Assembly: GCA_965203875.1 (NCBI GenBank)
Contig: OZ241914.1
Location: forward strand, 461,209-525,208
Source of the DNA: Bdellovibrionales bacterium
GTDB taxonomy: Bacteria; Bdellovibrionota; Bdellovibrionia; Bdellovibrionales; JAUICD01
Reading direction: 5' to 3'
Length of the DNA stretch: 64,000 nt
A model generated the notes under the pieces. That model did no database searches. It saw only the letters and a program-made list of their open reading frames with translations, and had not been told where the DNA came from. Below, piece after piece: positions 51,078 to 58,913 of this stretch. How positions within the stretch are numbered: position 1 is the first letter of the stretch; each line of letters opens with the position of its first letter. A program made the position numbers and the translations under genes.

Positions 51078-51899
51078 ATGAGTAAATTTGATTCAAGAAA
51101 CCAACTAAATGATTTAACAGGAAAAGAGTGGCTTAAATTAACTAAAAGCTTCTGGATTAGTGAAAAATGTAGAGAAGATAAGTTTGCCTTTCAGCATCCT
51201 GCTCCTTTTCTAATTAAAGATATTACAAAGCTTATTTCAATGTTTACAAAAAAAGATATGGTTGTTTTGGATCCATTTTCTGGTTTAGGCACAACATTAG
51301 TAGCATGTGGCATGTCCAATAGGCAAGGTATAGGGATAGACTTGAATAAGAAATATTGTGAATTAGGAATACAAAGATTGAAAGAGTTAAATATTAAAAA
51401 CAAGCAAACAATTATTTGCGGTGACTCTAGTATAGAAGTTAAAAAAATCCCTGGAAACATTGATTACTGCGTTACATCTCCACCCTATCATAATATTTTG
51501 AAAAACAACGGCAAAGGATTGAGGGACAAAAAAGATGGGAAAAGAAATGGTGCTAGAATAGGTCTGGAATATTACTCAGATGACGCAAGAGATTTGGGAA
51601 ATCAAAATACTTATGATGATTTTTTGAATTTATTTAGCCGTGTGATGTCTGCTGTATACCGAAAGTTAAACAATAAACGGTATACTAGTATAATTATCAG
51701 TGATTTTACAGTAAATAAAAAGGAACAATGTGTACAAGGAGATATTGTTAAAGCTATTCAAAAGATAGGATTTGAATTTTGTGGAACAACAATCTTGTTA
51801 CAAGACAACAAGCCTTTGTATCCATTTGGTTACCCATTTGCTTACAAAATAAACCACCAGCATCAAAATATTATTACTTTTAAAAAACATATTAAATGA
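51078..51899 (+). CDS. DNA methyltransferase with SPPY motif IV (N4-cytosine or N6-adenine)
   Basis: HPAPF...VLDPFSGLGTT (motif I) lies upstream of CVTSPPYHN (motif IV). It starts 5 nt after the upstream gene. Confidence 0.8.
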   Translation: MSKFDSRNQLNDLTGKEWLKLTKSFWISEKCREDKFAFQHPAPFLIKDITKLISMFTKKDMVVLDPFSGLGTTLVACGMSNRQGIGIDLNKKYCELGIQRLKELNIKNKQTIICGDSSIEVKKIPGNIDYCVTSPPYHNILKNNGKGLRDKKDGKRNGARIGLEYYSDDARDLGNQNTYDDFLNLFSRVMSAVYRKLNNKRYTSIIISDFTVNKKEQCVQGDIVKAIQKIGFEFCGTTILLQDNKPLYPFGYPFAYKINHQHQNIITFKKHIK

Positions 51900-51950
51900 T
51901 GTATTCCAAATTGTTATGAACTTAAAGTTTTAGTGTATTAAGGAGATATT

Positions 51951-52367
51951 ATGAGTTGGCCAAGCCAAATTATAGCCTACACAGACGGTGCCAGTAGGGG
52001 AAATCCAGGACCAGCTGCCATAGGTGTATACATAACCGATACGAACGGAAATGTTTTGTCAGAAGTAAGCAAGTACCTAGGCGAGGGAACCAATAATTAT
52101 GCAGAATACTCTGCTGTAATAAGAGCTTTGGAAATGTCCATAGAAAATAAAGTAAATAATGTTTTGATTAAATCAGACAGCGAACTTTTGGTAAGACAAC
52201 TAAATGGCAAATACAAGGTTAAATCTAAATCTATAATTAAACTATACGAAAACTGCAAAAAATTGCTGGCTAAACTAGATTCTTATAGTTTTGAGCATGT
52301 AAGAAGAGAGAACAACGTAGAAGCTGATAGACTGGCTAATATGGCTCTAGATAAAATTTACGGATAA
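51951..52367 (+). CDS. rnhA: Ribonuclease HI
   Basis: DEDD contexts YTDGASRGNPGPAAIG, NNYAEYSAVIRAL, KSDSELLVRQLNG and NVEADRLAN. Confidence 0.88.
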   Translation: MSWPSQIIAYTDGASRGNPGPAAIGVYITDTNGNVLSEVSKYLGEGTNNYAEYSAVIRALEMSIENKVNNVLIKSDSELLVRQLNGKYKVKSKSIIKLYENCKKLLAKLDSYSFEHVRRENNVEADRLANMALDKIYG

Positions 52368-52424
52368 TCAGGCTAAAATGTTTATAACTTGAGACAAACT
52401 ACAAGTTGTGCTAGCTTTCTGTTT

Positions 52425-52765
52425 GCTGTTTTGGGTTTGGTGTGCATCCGCTTTTTTAGTACTAAAATAAGAGGAAAGTCCGGACTCCACATGGCGGCAC
52501 AAAGGGTAACGCCCTTCCACTGCTAGTTTTAAAGTTAGCAGTGAGGACAAGTGGAACAGAAAGTATGTACAGGATCATTATGATCGCTGTAGTGAAATCA
52601 GCTAAACTCTGTGCGGAGCAAGATCAAATAGAGGAACATTTGAATGTAGCCAGCATGAAGTTCCTGGGTGAGATCGCTTGAGAGCGACAGTAATGTCACT
52701 CCTAGATGGATGGATGCAAAGGGGAAACCCTACAGAATCCGGCTTATAGCTAAACCCAATGCAGC
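52425..52765 (+). ncRNA. rnpB: RNase P RNA (bacterial type A), ends approximate
   Basis: Universal GAGGAAAGTCCGG (CR-I) and ACAGAATCCGGCTTA (CR-V). P1 pairing is GCTGTTTTGGGTTT with AAACCCAATGCAGC. Confidence 0.9.
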
Positions 52766-52810
52766 ACTCTTAAGTATTAATAAACTTAAAAAAAGTCCGA
52801 ACTTACGTTT

Positions 52811-54394
52811 ATGCGTATTTCAAAAGCTCTACTAGTGTTCGGTATATTTATATCTTTCCAGGAGCTATCTCATAGTGATTCACCTAAGACAGCTGCTTAT
52901 GTTGAAGGGGAAGTTGTGGTTAAATTCAAAGACAGCCCACCAAATCAAAGTAACTTGGCAACTGTACATGGAAAGATCTCACCAGGTATGCAGGTAACCG
53001 ACACATTTGATTCTTTGAACATGTATCATATTAAAACAGACAAAAGGGCTAGATATACAACCAAACAGTTAATAGACATTTTAACAAATAATCCTGATGT
53101 AGAGATAGTAGAGCCAAATTACATAATCACAGCTAGTGACTTTTATCCTAATACAATTAAGGTGCAGAATCTTTCAGAAGATGATCTTTTTTACAAAGAT
53201 AAAGTTATGAACACTATCAAAATACCAGAAAGTTGGGATGAGATTAGCTACGACACAGCTCAGACGACAGTGGTAGCTGTTATAGATACTGGAGTTCAAA
53301 CAGGCCATGATTCTCTAAGAGAGTTTTTGTGGATAAATGACAAAGAAATTGAAAATGGCATAGACGATGATTCAAATGGATATGTGGACGATATATACGG
53401 TTGGAATTTTGTAAATAACAATAATGACCTATACGATTACTCTGGCCATGGTACTGGCGTTATAGGAGTAGTAAAACAAACTTTTAGCGATCTTCTTGGA
53501 AATGATATTTCTGATAGCAAAGCAAACATATCAATAATGCCAATAAAATTTATGACCTACAGCCTTGAATACAATAAACCCGCAGGTGATCTGGCAGGTG
53601 CACTACGGGCCATAAACTATGCCAACAAAAATGGAGCTAAAGTAATAAATGCATCTTGGGGTGATCGCAACAGAAGTAGACTTTTAAAAAATGCAATTAT
53701 ACACAGTTACAAAAATAATGTGGCCTTTGTTACCTCGGCAGGCAATTCTAGACACGGAAATAACAATGACGAACACCCTTACTTTCCTCCCAGTTTTTCT
53801 ATACCCAATATTATTTCTGTTGGTGCCAGTACTATAGATGATATTCTGGTTGAATCTTCTAACTATGGAAAAAATAGCGTTCACATAGCAGCTCCAGGAC
53901 ACGATATTTGGACAACTACAAGTGATAAATATGGCGATTCATTTTATACAAAAAGTAGCGGAACTAGTATATCAGCTCCTTTTGTTTCGGGGACTGTTGC
54001 TATGCTTATCAATTTAAGACCAGATTTATCTATTCATCAAGTAAAAGAAGTTTTGTTGGATACTTCAGATAGGGCTTATACCTTAAAGGATAAGATACAA
54101 GATTCTAGAAGATTAAATGTGCTAAACTCAATATTGAATATTAATGATGTCGAAAAAGATTCACAAATACCTCAAGTATATGCTTATGAGCTTAGCTCCT
54201 CTTCAGAACCAGAAAGTTTTTCAGGTTGCTGGTTAGTTTCGTCCAACATAACGGATAAAAATGAAGACGGAGATAAGAGCGTAGGTGTGTTCTTATCTTT
54301 GATTGTATTAATTGTGCCATTTGTACTTTGTACAGGATTAAGAATGTGGTTATCGTTTGACAATCAAAACAAATTTCCTAAATCATTGATCTAA
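52811..54394 (+). CDS. Subtilisin-like serine protease (peptidase S8) with C-terminal membrane anchor
   Basis: Signal peptide, VAVIDTGV, SGHGTGVIG, SGTSISAPFVSG and a C-terminal TM segment VFLSLIVLIVPFVL. Confidence 0.85.
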   Translation: MRISKALLVFGIFISFQELSHSDSPKTAAYVEGEVVVKFKDSPPNQSNLATVHGKISPGMQVTDTFDSLNMYHIKTDKRARYTTKQLIDILTNNPDVEIVEPNYIITASDFYPNTIKVQNLSEDDLFYKDKVMNTIKIPESWDEISYDTAQTTVVAVIDTGVQTGHDSLREFLWINDKEIENGIDDDSNGYVDDIYGWNFVNNNNDLYDYSGHGTGVIGVVKQTFSDLLGNDISDSKANISIMPIKFMTYSLEYNKPAGDLAGALRAINYANKNGAKVINASWGDRNRSRLLKNAIIHSYKNNVAFVTSAGNSRHGNNNDEHPYFPPSFSIPNIISVGASTIDDILVESSNYGKNSVHIAAPGHDIWTTTSDKYGDSFYTKSSGTSISAPFVSGTVAMLINLRPDLSIHQVKEVLLDTSDRAYTLKDKIQDSRRLNVLNSILNINDVEKDSQIPQVYAYELSSSSEPESFSGCWLVSSNITDKNEDGDKSVGVFLSLIVLIVPFVLCTGLRMWLSFDNQNKFPKSLI

Positions 54395-55216
54395 ATGAGA
54401 TTCAAATTATTTTTAGTTGTCATCTTATATACTGGTAGTCTAAATGCAGGCTTCTTACGGATAGACGGGCAACCTGAGCTCGAAGTAAGTCTTGATAATG
54501 ATGTAGTAAAAGTGTCTGGAAATATTGAGCTTACTAATTTTGGAGATGAAGATGCTATAGATGTTTTTAGTGAGATTGTGATAGGAAATGCAAGACATAT
54601 TGGCAAACCGTCCAGGCTTGTTGCCAATGGCGGGAAGAATACCTGGGATATTCAGCTAACCTTTAATTTAAAAGATGTGTTAGATTTGCCTAAGTTTGGT
54701 AGATGGCCTGTGTTGTTGACTAGGTATTATAGCGACACAAATGGGTACCAATTTTCTGCGGTGGATATTTCGGATGTTCTGATTAATAAACCGGGTGAAG
54801 AAGTAAATTTTTTGCGTATAAATCCTTTTGTAATGAAAATGCAGTTGGATGGCAGAGGAAAAAAGTTTAAAGCTACTGTTGAAATTGAGAATCTAACAGA
54901 TAGGGATTATGAGGGAACGTTGAGGTTATTAGCGTCCAAAGAGTTTCTAATTCCAGATGCTAAAAAAGTGTCTGTGAAGTCTAAACAGAGTGCTGAAGCA
55001 CAATTTCAAATACAAAATATAGGTGCTATTGATGGTAGTAAATATCCTATATTTGCTTTTATAGAGTATGAGGCAGCTCCAGGGTATAGGAGTTTTCAGC
55101 ATGTACACAGTATGCACGAGATTAAAAAAGAGGACTTTAACAGGGTTTGGATAATATTTGTATCCGTAGCTGTTGTTATTATTTTGGGTAGTTTATTTAT
55201 TCTAAGAAAAAGTTAA
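54395..55216 (+). CDS. Hypothetical exported protein with C-terminal TM anchor
   Basis: The start abuts the S8 protease stop. It has a signal peptide and a C-terminal IIFVSVAVVIILGSLFIL. Confidence 0.5.
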   Translation: MRFKLFLVVILYTGSLNAGFLRIDGQPELEVSLDNDVVKVSGNIELTNFGDEDAIDVFSEIVIGNARHIGKPSRLVANGGKNTWDIQLTFNLKDVLDLPKFGRWPVLLTRYYSDTNGYQFSAVDISDVLINKPGEEVNFLRINPFVMKMQLDGRGKKFKATVEIENLTDRDYEGTLRLLASKEFLIPDAKKVSVKSKQSAEAQFQIQNIGAIDGSKYPIFAFIEYEAAPGYRSFQHVHSMHEIKKEDFNRVWIIFVSVAVVIILGSLFILRKS

Positions 55217-55246
55217 GTTAAAGTTAAAGCCCTTCGTTTTTGAATT

Positions 55247-55450
55247 AAAGGTCTTCAATTTTATCAAATGTTTGATTAGCGTAGTGGTAAGACTGAAGGT
55301 TTTAAACGGAGCTATGAAAACATTTGATAAAATGTTGCCCAACGTTCGAGGTAGACTCCAACAGACTTTCTAAAGGTTTTCAAATTCTATCAACTGCTAC
55401 AGTTACAGATCATCATGCAAGCTGGCAAACAAAGAGTTTGACAAAAATTG
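55247..55450. repeat. Composite palindromic intergenic repeat, locus 2 (inverted orientation; second module degenerate)
   Basis: 55247..55357 is about 90% identical by eye to the reverse complement of 39795..39900. 55358..55450 weakly resembles the reverse complement of 57421..57517. Confidence 0.7.
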
Positions 55451-55469
55451 GGGGGGGGGGGGGTAGCAT
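55438..55469 (+). promoter_or_regulatory. Candidate promoter TTGACA-N20-TAGCAT with a G14 tract in the spacer
   Basis: TTGACA at 55438..55443, G14 at 55450..55463 and TAGCAT at 55464..55469, about 50 nt upstream of the ATG at 55519. Confidence 0.45.
55450..55463. repeat. Homopolymeric G14 tract
   Basis: Counted directly: g55450 plus ten G at 55451..55460 plus three G at 55461..55463. Confidence 0.95.
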
Positions 55470-55518
55470 ACTTTTTGAGCAACTTTTTTTGCTATTAGCT
55501 TTTTACAGGGGGTAAGGA

Positions 55519-56292
55519 ATGTTTTTAAGTAATTTATTAAAACTAGGTTTACATAAGTCATCTTGTATACTGTTTTCATGTTTGTTCTTTGTATCGTGTA
55601 ATACTGTTAGTAATAAGCCTACAGAGGTTGTATCTAATGCTGGCAGTAGAAAGATAGCAAGTTCTAGTGCTGCTGCTATAGCTGTAAATTCTAGTGCATT
55701 TTTAGCAATGCAAGCTTGCCCTGTTCTGGCTAGTATTCAGTCTAGGATCCCATCGTGGAGGGGTACTCCTGATCGTGATGAACATATTAATCGCTACAAC
55801 GCTGAATATGTTATGAATATGCTGCAAGAGACAGACAGCCAAGGTAGGACTCTACACCAAAGACTTATGTTGGAATTATCTTCTGATAGCGATTGTTTAA
55901 GGCGTATAGGTGATCTAAGAGAAAACATATGTTTTTACAGAGAGTATAGCGAGGCTTGTGAAGCTTTGCATAGGATCGACAAGCTAGATGGGGAAACTAT
56001 TATACAAGAGTTTGAGGAATTTGCAGGAGCTTCTATAGAGTCTATCGATCCTAGTCAGTTAGCAGGTAAAATTGATGAGTTTATTAAGGGTCGTTATAGT
56101 AATTTGGCAAGAGCCTTTGCAGGAACATTAATAGGAGCAGCAGTATTAGCAACAGCGGCAACAGCTGTAGCAGCGGCAGCTGTAGCAGGAGCAGCAATAA
56201 CAGCAGGAGCGGCAGTTTTACTTGTGGGTGTCACTGTATCTGCGTATTATTCCGACTATAAAAAGGAAATTAAAAATAGAAAAAGACCATAA
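55519..56292 (+). CDS. Hypothetical lipoprotein with Ala-rich C-terminal TM segment
   Basis: Lipobox LFFVSC and a C-terminal AVLATAATAVAAAAVAGAAITAGAAVLLVGV followed by a basic tail. Confidence 0.55.
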   Translation: MFLSNLLKLGLHKSSCILFSCLFFVSCNTVSNKPTEVVSNAGSRKIASSSAAAIAVNSSAFLAMQACPVLASIQSRIPSWRGTPDRDEHINRYNAEYVMNMLQETDSQGRTLHQRLMLELSSDSDCLRRIGDLRENICFYREYSEACEALHRIDKLDGETIIQEFEEFAGASIESIDPSQLAGKIDEFIKGRYSNLARAFAGTLIGAAVLATAATAVAAAAVAGAAITAGAAVLLVGVTVSAYYSDYKKEIKNRKRP

Positions 56293-56429
56293 TGCTAATT
56301 TTTAGTGTCGGTTATTAAGTTTGAATCTTCATGTGATATTCAAGCACAGGGTCTTATATGTTATGCTTATCTTATGATGGTCTAGGCAAAGGGACGACAC
56401 TGCGATTCTTTAGCGGCTATTTTTTAGCA

Positions 56430-57255
56430 TTATGTACCGTCTGATACATGTTCTAACTTGCTACTATGATCAATAGTCCAGACATCTCGCTCTGCTCCAC
56501 CTAGGTTAGCGATCGCTACTGCTTTCCAACCATAGGCATAGTCGGGGCCGTTTATGTCGGTGCCGTTTATATTACCACCATTACAACGAGCTGTGAGAGT
56601 TTTAACTACGGCATTAGTTAATGGAACCCCGTTAAATTTCGTTCCTCTATTCAACCATTTGACTTTATGCGTACCAGAGTTTGCAGTCGCAGAGCCTGAA
56701 TTGTTTGGCCTTAAACCAGAAACATCTGTACAGTGATAATCTGTTAGTCTACAAATCGCTCCTTTCGCTAGGTTCCTTGCATGAGTAGCTCTTTTTCTTA
56801 AGTCCAATGCTTTGTATGGGAATCTGCTACCTCCTAAACTTGAAGCTGGGATAGCTTCTGTACTACAACTGCTGTCATTTTTTATCTTAAAAGGGGTTTT
56901 CATGCAAAGCATAGGTACGTACATAAGGACAAGCACCGTCATTCTTAGTAAAGGTTGCATTGCTGGCTACTGTAGGTGTTTCTGTACCAAATCCTACTGC
57001 ATAAGTTAGTTTTCCTTCTGGGCTAAACCCAGTGGCTGTTAGGTCAGTTGTGCCTCCACCAAATTCAACATTAAATTGTTTTTGTGCAATATGAAGTTTA
57101 GACAATAGTGCCTTTGCTTCATTGCGGGCTGCTGTTCTTTTAAACTTGTTGTAGTTAGGAATACCGATACCAGTAACAATTGCGATAATAGCTACCACAA
57201 TTATTAGCTCGAAAAGCTGAAATCCTTGTGTGTGTAGAGAGGAGTTATGTCTCAT
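56430..57255 (-). pseudogene. Type IV pilin-like gene split by a frameshift
   Basis: Prepilin motif HTQG/FQLFELIIVVAIIAIVTGIGIPNY from the ATG at 57255. The frame ends at 56887 inside A4C4T4. The overlapping ORF 56430..56960 continues in the +1 frame with Cys-containing pilin-like sequence. Confidence 0.55.
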
Positions 57256-57420
57256 ACTTTCAGTATCGGTTATTAAGCTTGAATCTTCAAGTGGTGTCCA
57301 AGTACATGCACATAAATGTATCGTATGGGTACACACATTTTTGGTAGGTCGAAAAGTTTCGGTTTTCTAAGCTTAAGACTGACAGAAGGAACAGAGTATT
57401 AATTACACGTGTAAGCTGCT

Positions 57421-57637
57421 TTGGCGTTTTGATCAAATGCTTTCATAGCTACGCTTTAAGCCTTGCGGCTTACTGCTATGCTAATCAAGCATTTGTCAAA
57501 ACTTTAGAGCCTTAAGAAAATTTATTTGTAGTCTACCTTGAACGTTGCACAACATTTTATCAAACATATGTCTAGCTGCGTTTGGCCTGTGGCCTATTCA
57601 CTTCGCTGGCAAATGTTTGATAAAATTGAAGGGCCTT
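57421..57637. repeat. Composite palindromic intergenic repeat, locus 3 (two tandem modules)
   Basis: Module C is 57421..57517 and module D is 57528..57637. Each has terminal inverted repeats (GTTTTGATCAAATGC/GCATTTGTCAAAAC and CATTTTATCAAAC/GTTTGATAAAATTG) around an inner GC hairpin. Confidence 0.8.
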
Positions 57638-57830
57638 AAAAAATTTATTTAAATAGAGAGGAGGCATCAGGTTTTCTAGTGCCCGATTTTCTCTCCTGCA
57701 CTTAGTGCTTTATCGAGGTACTTTTAACTTTCAGTCAACTTGACATATAGGAGATAACATATCACATTACCAGCATAGATTCATACTTCACATTGAATCG
57801 CTGATTCAATTAGAAAAAGGCATATAGTTT

Positions 57831-58589
57831 ATGATCACCACAAATGTACTTCATCGTGTTTTCCATATTAGATCCAAAGGGAGAATGGAAAATGGCAAAG
57901 GCACATGTTTTGCTTTAGATAAGAACGAAAAGCGATATATAATTACAGCACTACACATCTTTAAAAATGTCGGTATAGATCTAAAACAAGGGAGAGCAAT
58001 TACAGTTGACATATACCACGATAATGGTTGGAGGCCAGTTAAACTACAGTTAATTGGTTTAGACCAAAAAGCAGATATAGCTGTATTTACATTTGCACCA
58101 GACTATAACGATACCGTTAATAAGATGAATCAAGCTTTGTACCTTCTAGATGGAAATATGGCAAACGTGGTGTACGGGCAACAAGTGTATTTTTTGGGAT
58201 TTCCGTTTGGAATGGTGGGTGATACGATAGATACTAGGAAACTTCCACTTCCTTTTGTAAAATCCGGTGTTTTAACAGTTTTTGAGCCTGATTTTTTCCG
58301 TTCACATTTATTTTACGTAGATGGTAATTCCAATCCTGGTTTTAGTGGAGGCCCAGTGGTAGCTACCAAATTTGGTGGGAAGGCACATGAGTTTTGTGTC
58401 GTGGGAGTTTTGACATCTTCATGTTATACCAAATCCATAGGATTTCTAGATAATAGACGCATTGTGGCCGAGTTCCCAGAAAATACAGGGCTCATTAAGG
58501 TATCGAGCATAAATTGTGTGAACGAGATAATAAAAGCCAATCCATCTGGCATTGCAACTGGAACTTTTCAAGAAAATAAACAACCTTAG
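57831..58589 (+). CDS. Trypsin-like serine protease without signal peptide
   Basis: His context ITALHIF, Asp context ADIAVF and Ser context GNSNPGFSGGPVV. There is no N-terminal hydrophobic segment. Confidence 0.7.
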   Translation: MITTNVLHRVFHIRSKGRMENGKGTCFALDKNEKRYIITALHIFKNVGIDLKQGRAITVDIYHDNGWRPVKLQLIGLDQKADIAVFTFAPDYNDTVNKMNQALYLLDGNMANVVYGQQVYFLGFPFGMVGDTIDTRKLPLPFVKSGVLTVFEPDFFRSHLFYVDGNSNPGFSGGPVVATKFGGKAHEFCVVGVLTSSCYTKSIGFLDNRRIVAEFPENTGLIKVSSINCVNEIIKANPSGIATGTFQENKQP

Positions 58590-58736
58590 CCTACTAAGTT
58601 GCTGATTTGACACTCCTATAGCAATTTAGCTAAATTTATTCTGACTTTTTGTAAGCAGGAGTATTGACATCTTGGATTTGAATACCATATTGGAATTAGT
58701 TTTAAAATATTAACCACGTTGCAAAGGAGGTATCCA

Positions 58737-58907
58737 ATGGCAACTAATCCACCAAGAGGTGACAACAGAAGACAAGGGGCTGTAAGAGGTCGTTCTCAGG
58801 TCAAAAATCCAAATGGACATTGGACAAAAAGAGATACTAAAAGTGGAAGATTTATAGATCAGAAATCTGACAATAAGCCGTTTAAAGGAGTCAGAAGAGA
58901 AAAGTAA
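58737..58907 (+). CDS. Small basic protein (56 aa)
   Basis: AAGGAGG lies 6 nt upstream of the ATG at 58737, so I prefer this start to the listed TTG at 58719. The sequence is MATNPPRGDNRRQGAVRGRSQVKNPNGHWTKRDTKSGRFIDQKSDNKPFKGVRREK. Confidence 0.55.
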   Translation: MATNPPRGDNRRQGAVRGRSQVKNPNGHWTKRDTKSGRFIDQKSDNKPFKGVRREK

Positions 58908-58913
58908 ACTTGA

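Noticed and set aside
51951-52367. RNase H domain as part of a retron or reverse-transcriptase element
   Set aside because: It is a stand-alone canonical RNase HI with the full DEDD set. There is no RT gene or msr/msd-like structure adjacent, and the neighbouring structured RNA is rnpB.
52368-52550. 60-aa minus-strand ORF downstream of rnhA
   Set aside because: It lies antisense within RNase P RNA, so the region is explained by rnpB.
55324-55515. 63-aa ORF containing GGGGG encoded by the G14 tract (possible coding-region phase variation)
   Set aside because: It starts inside the palindromic repeat element, has no RBS and has a junk-like sequence. A promoter-spacer location for the tract fits better.
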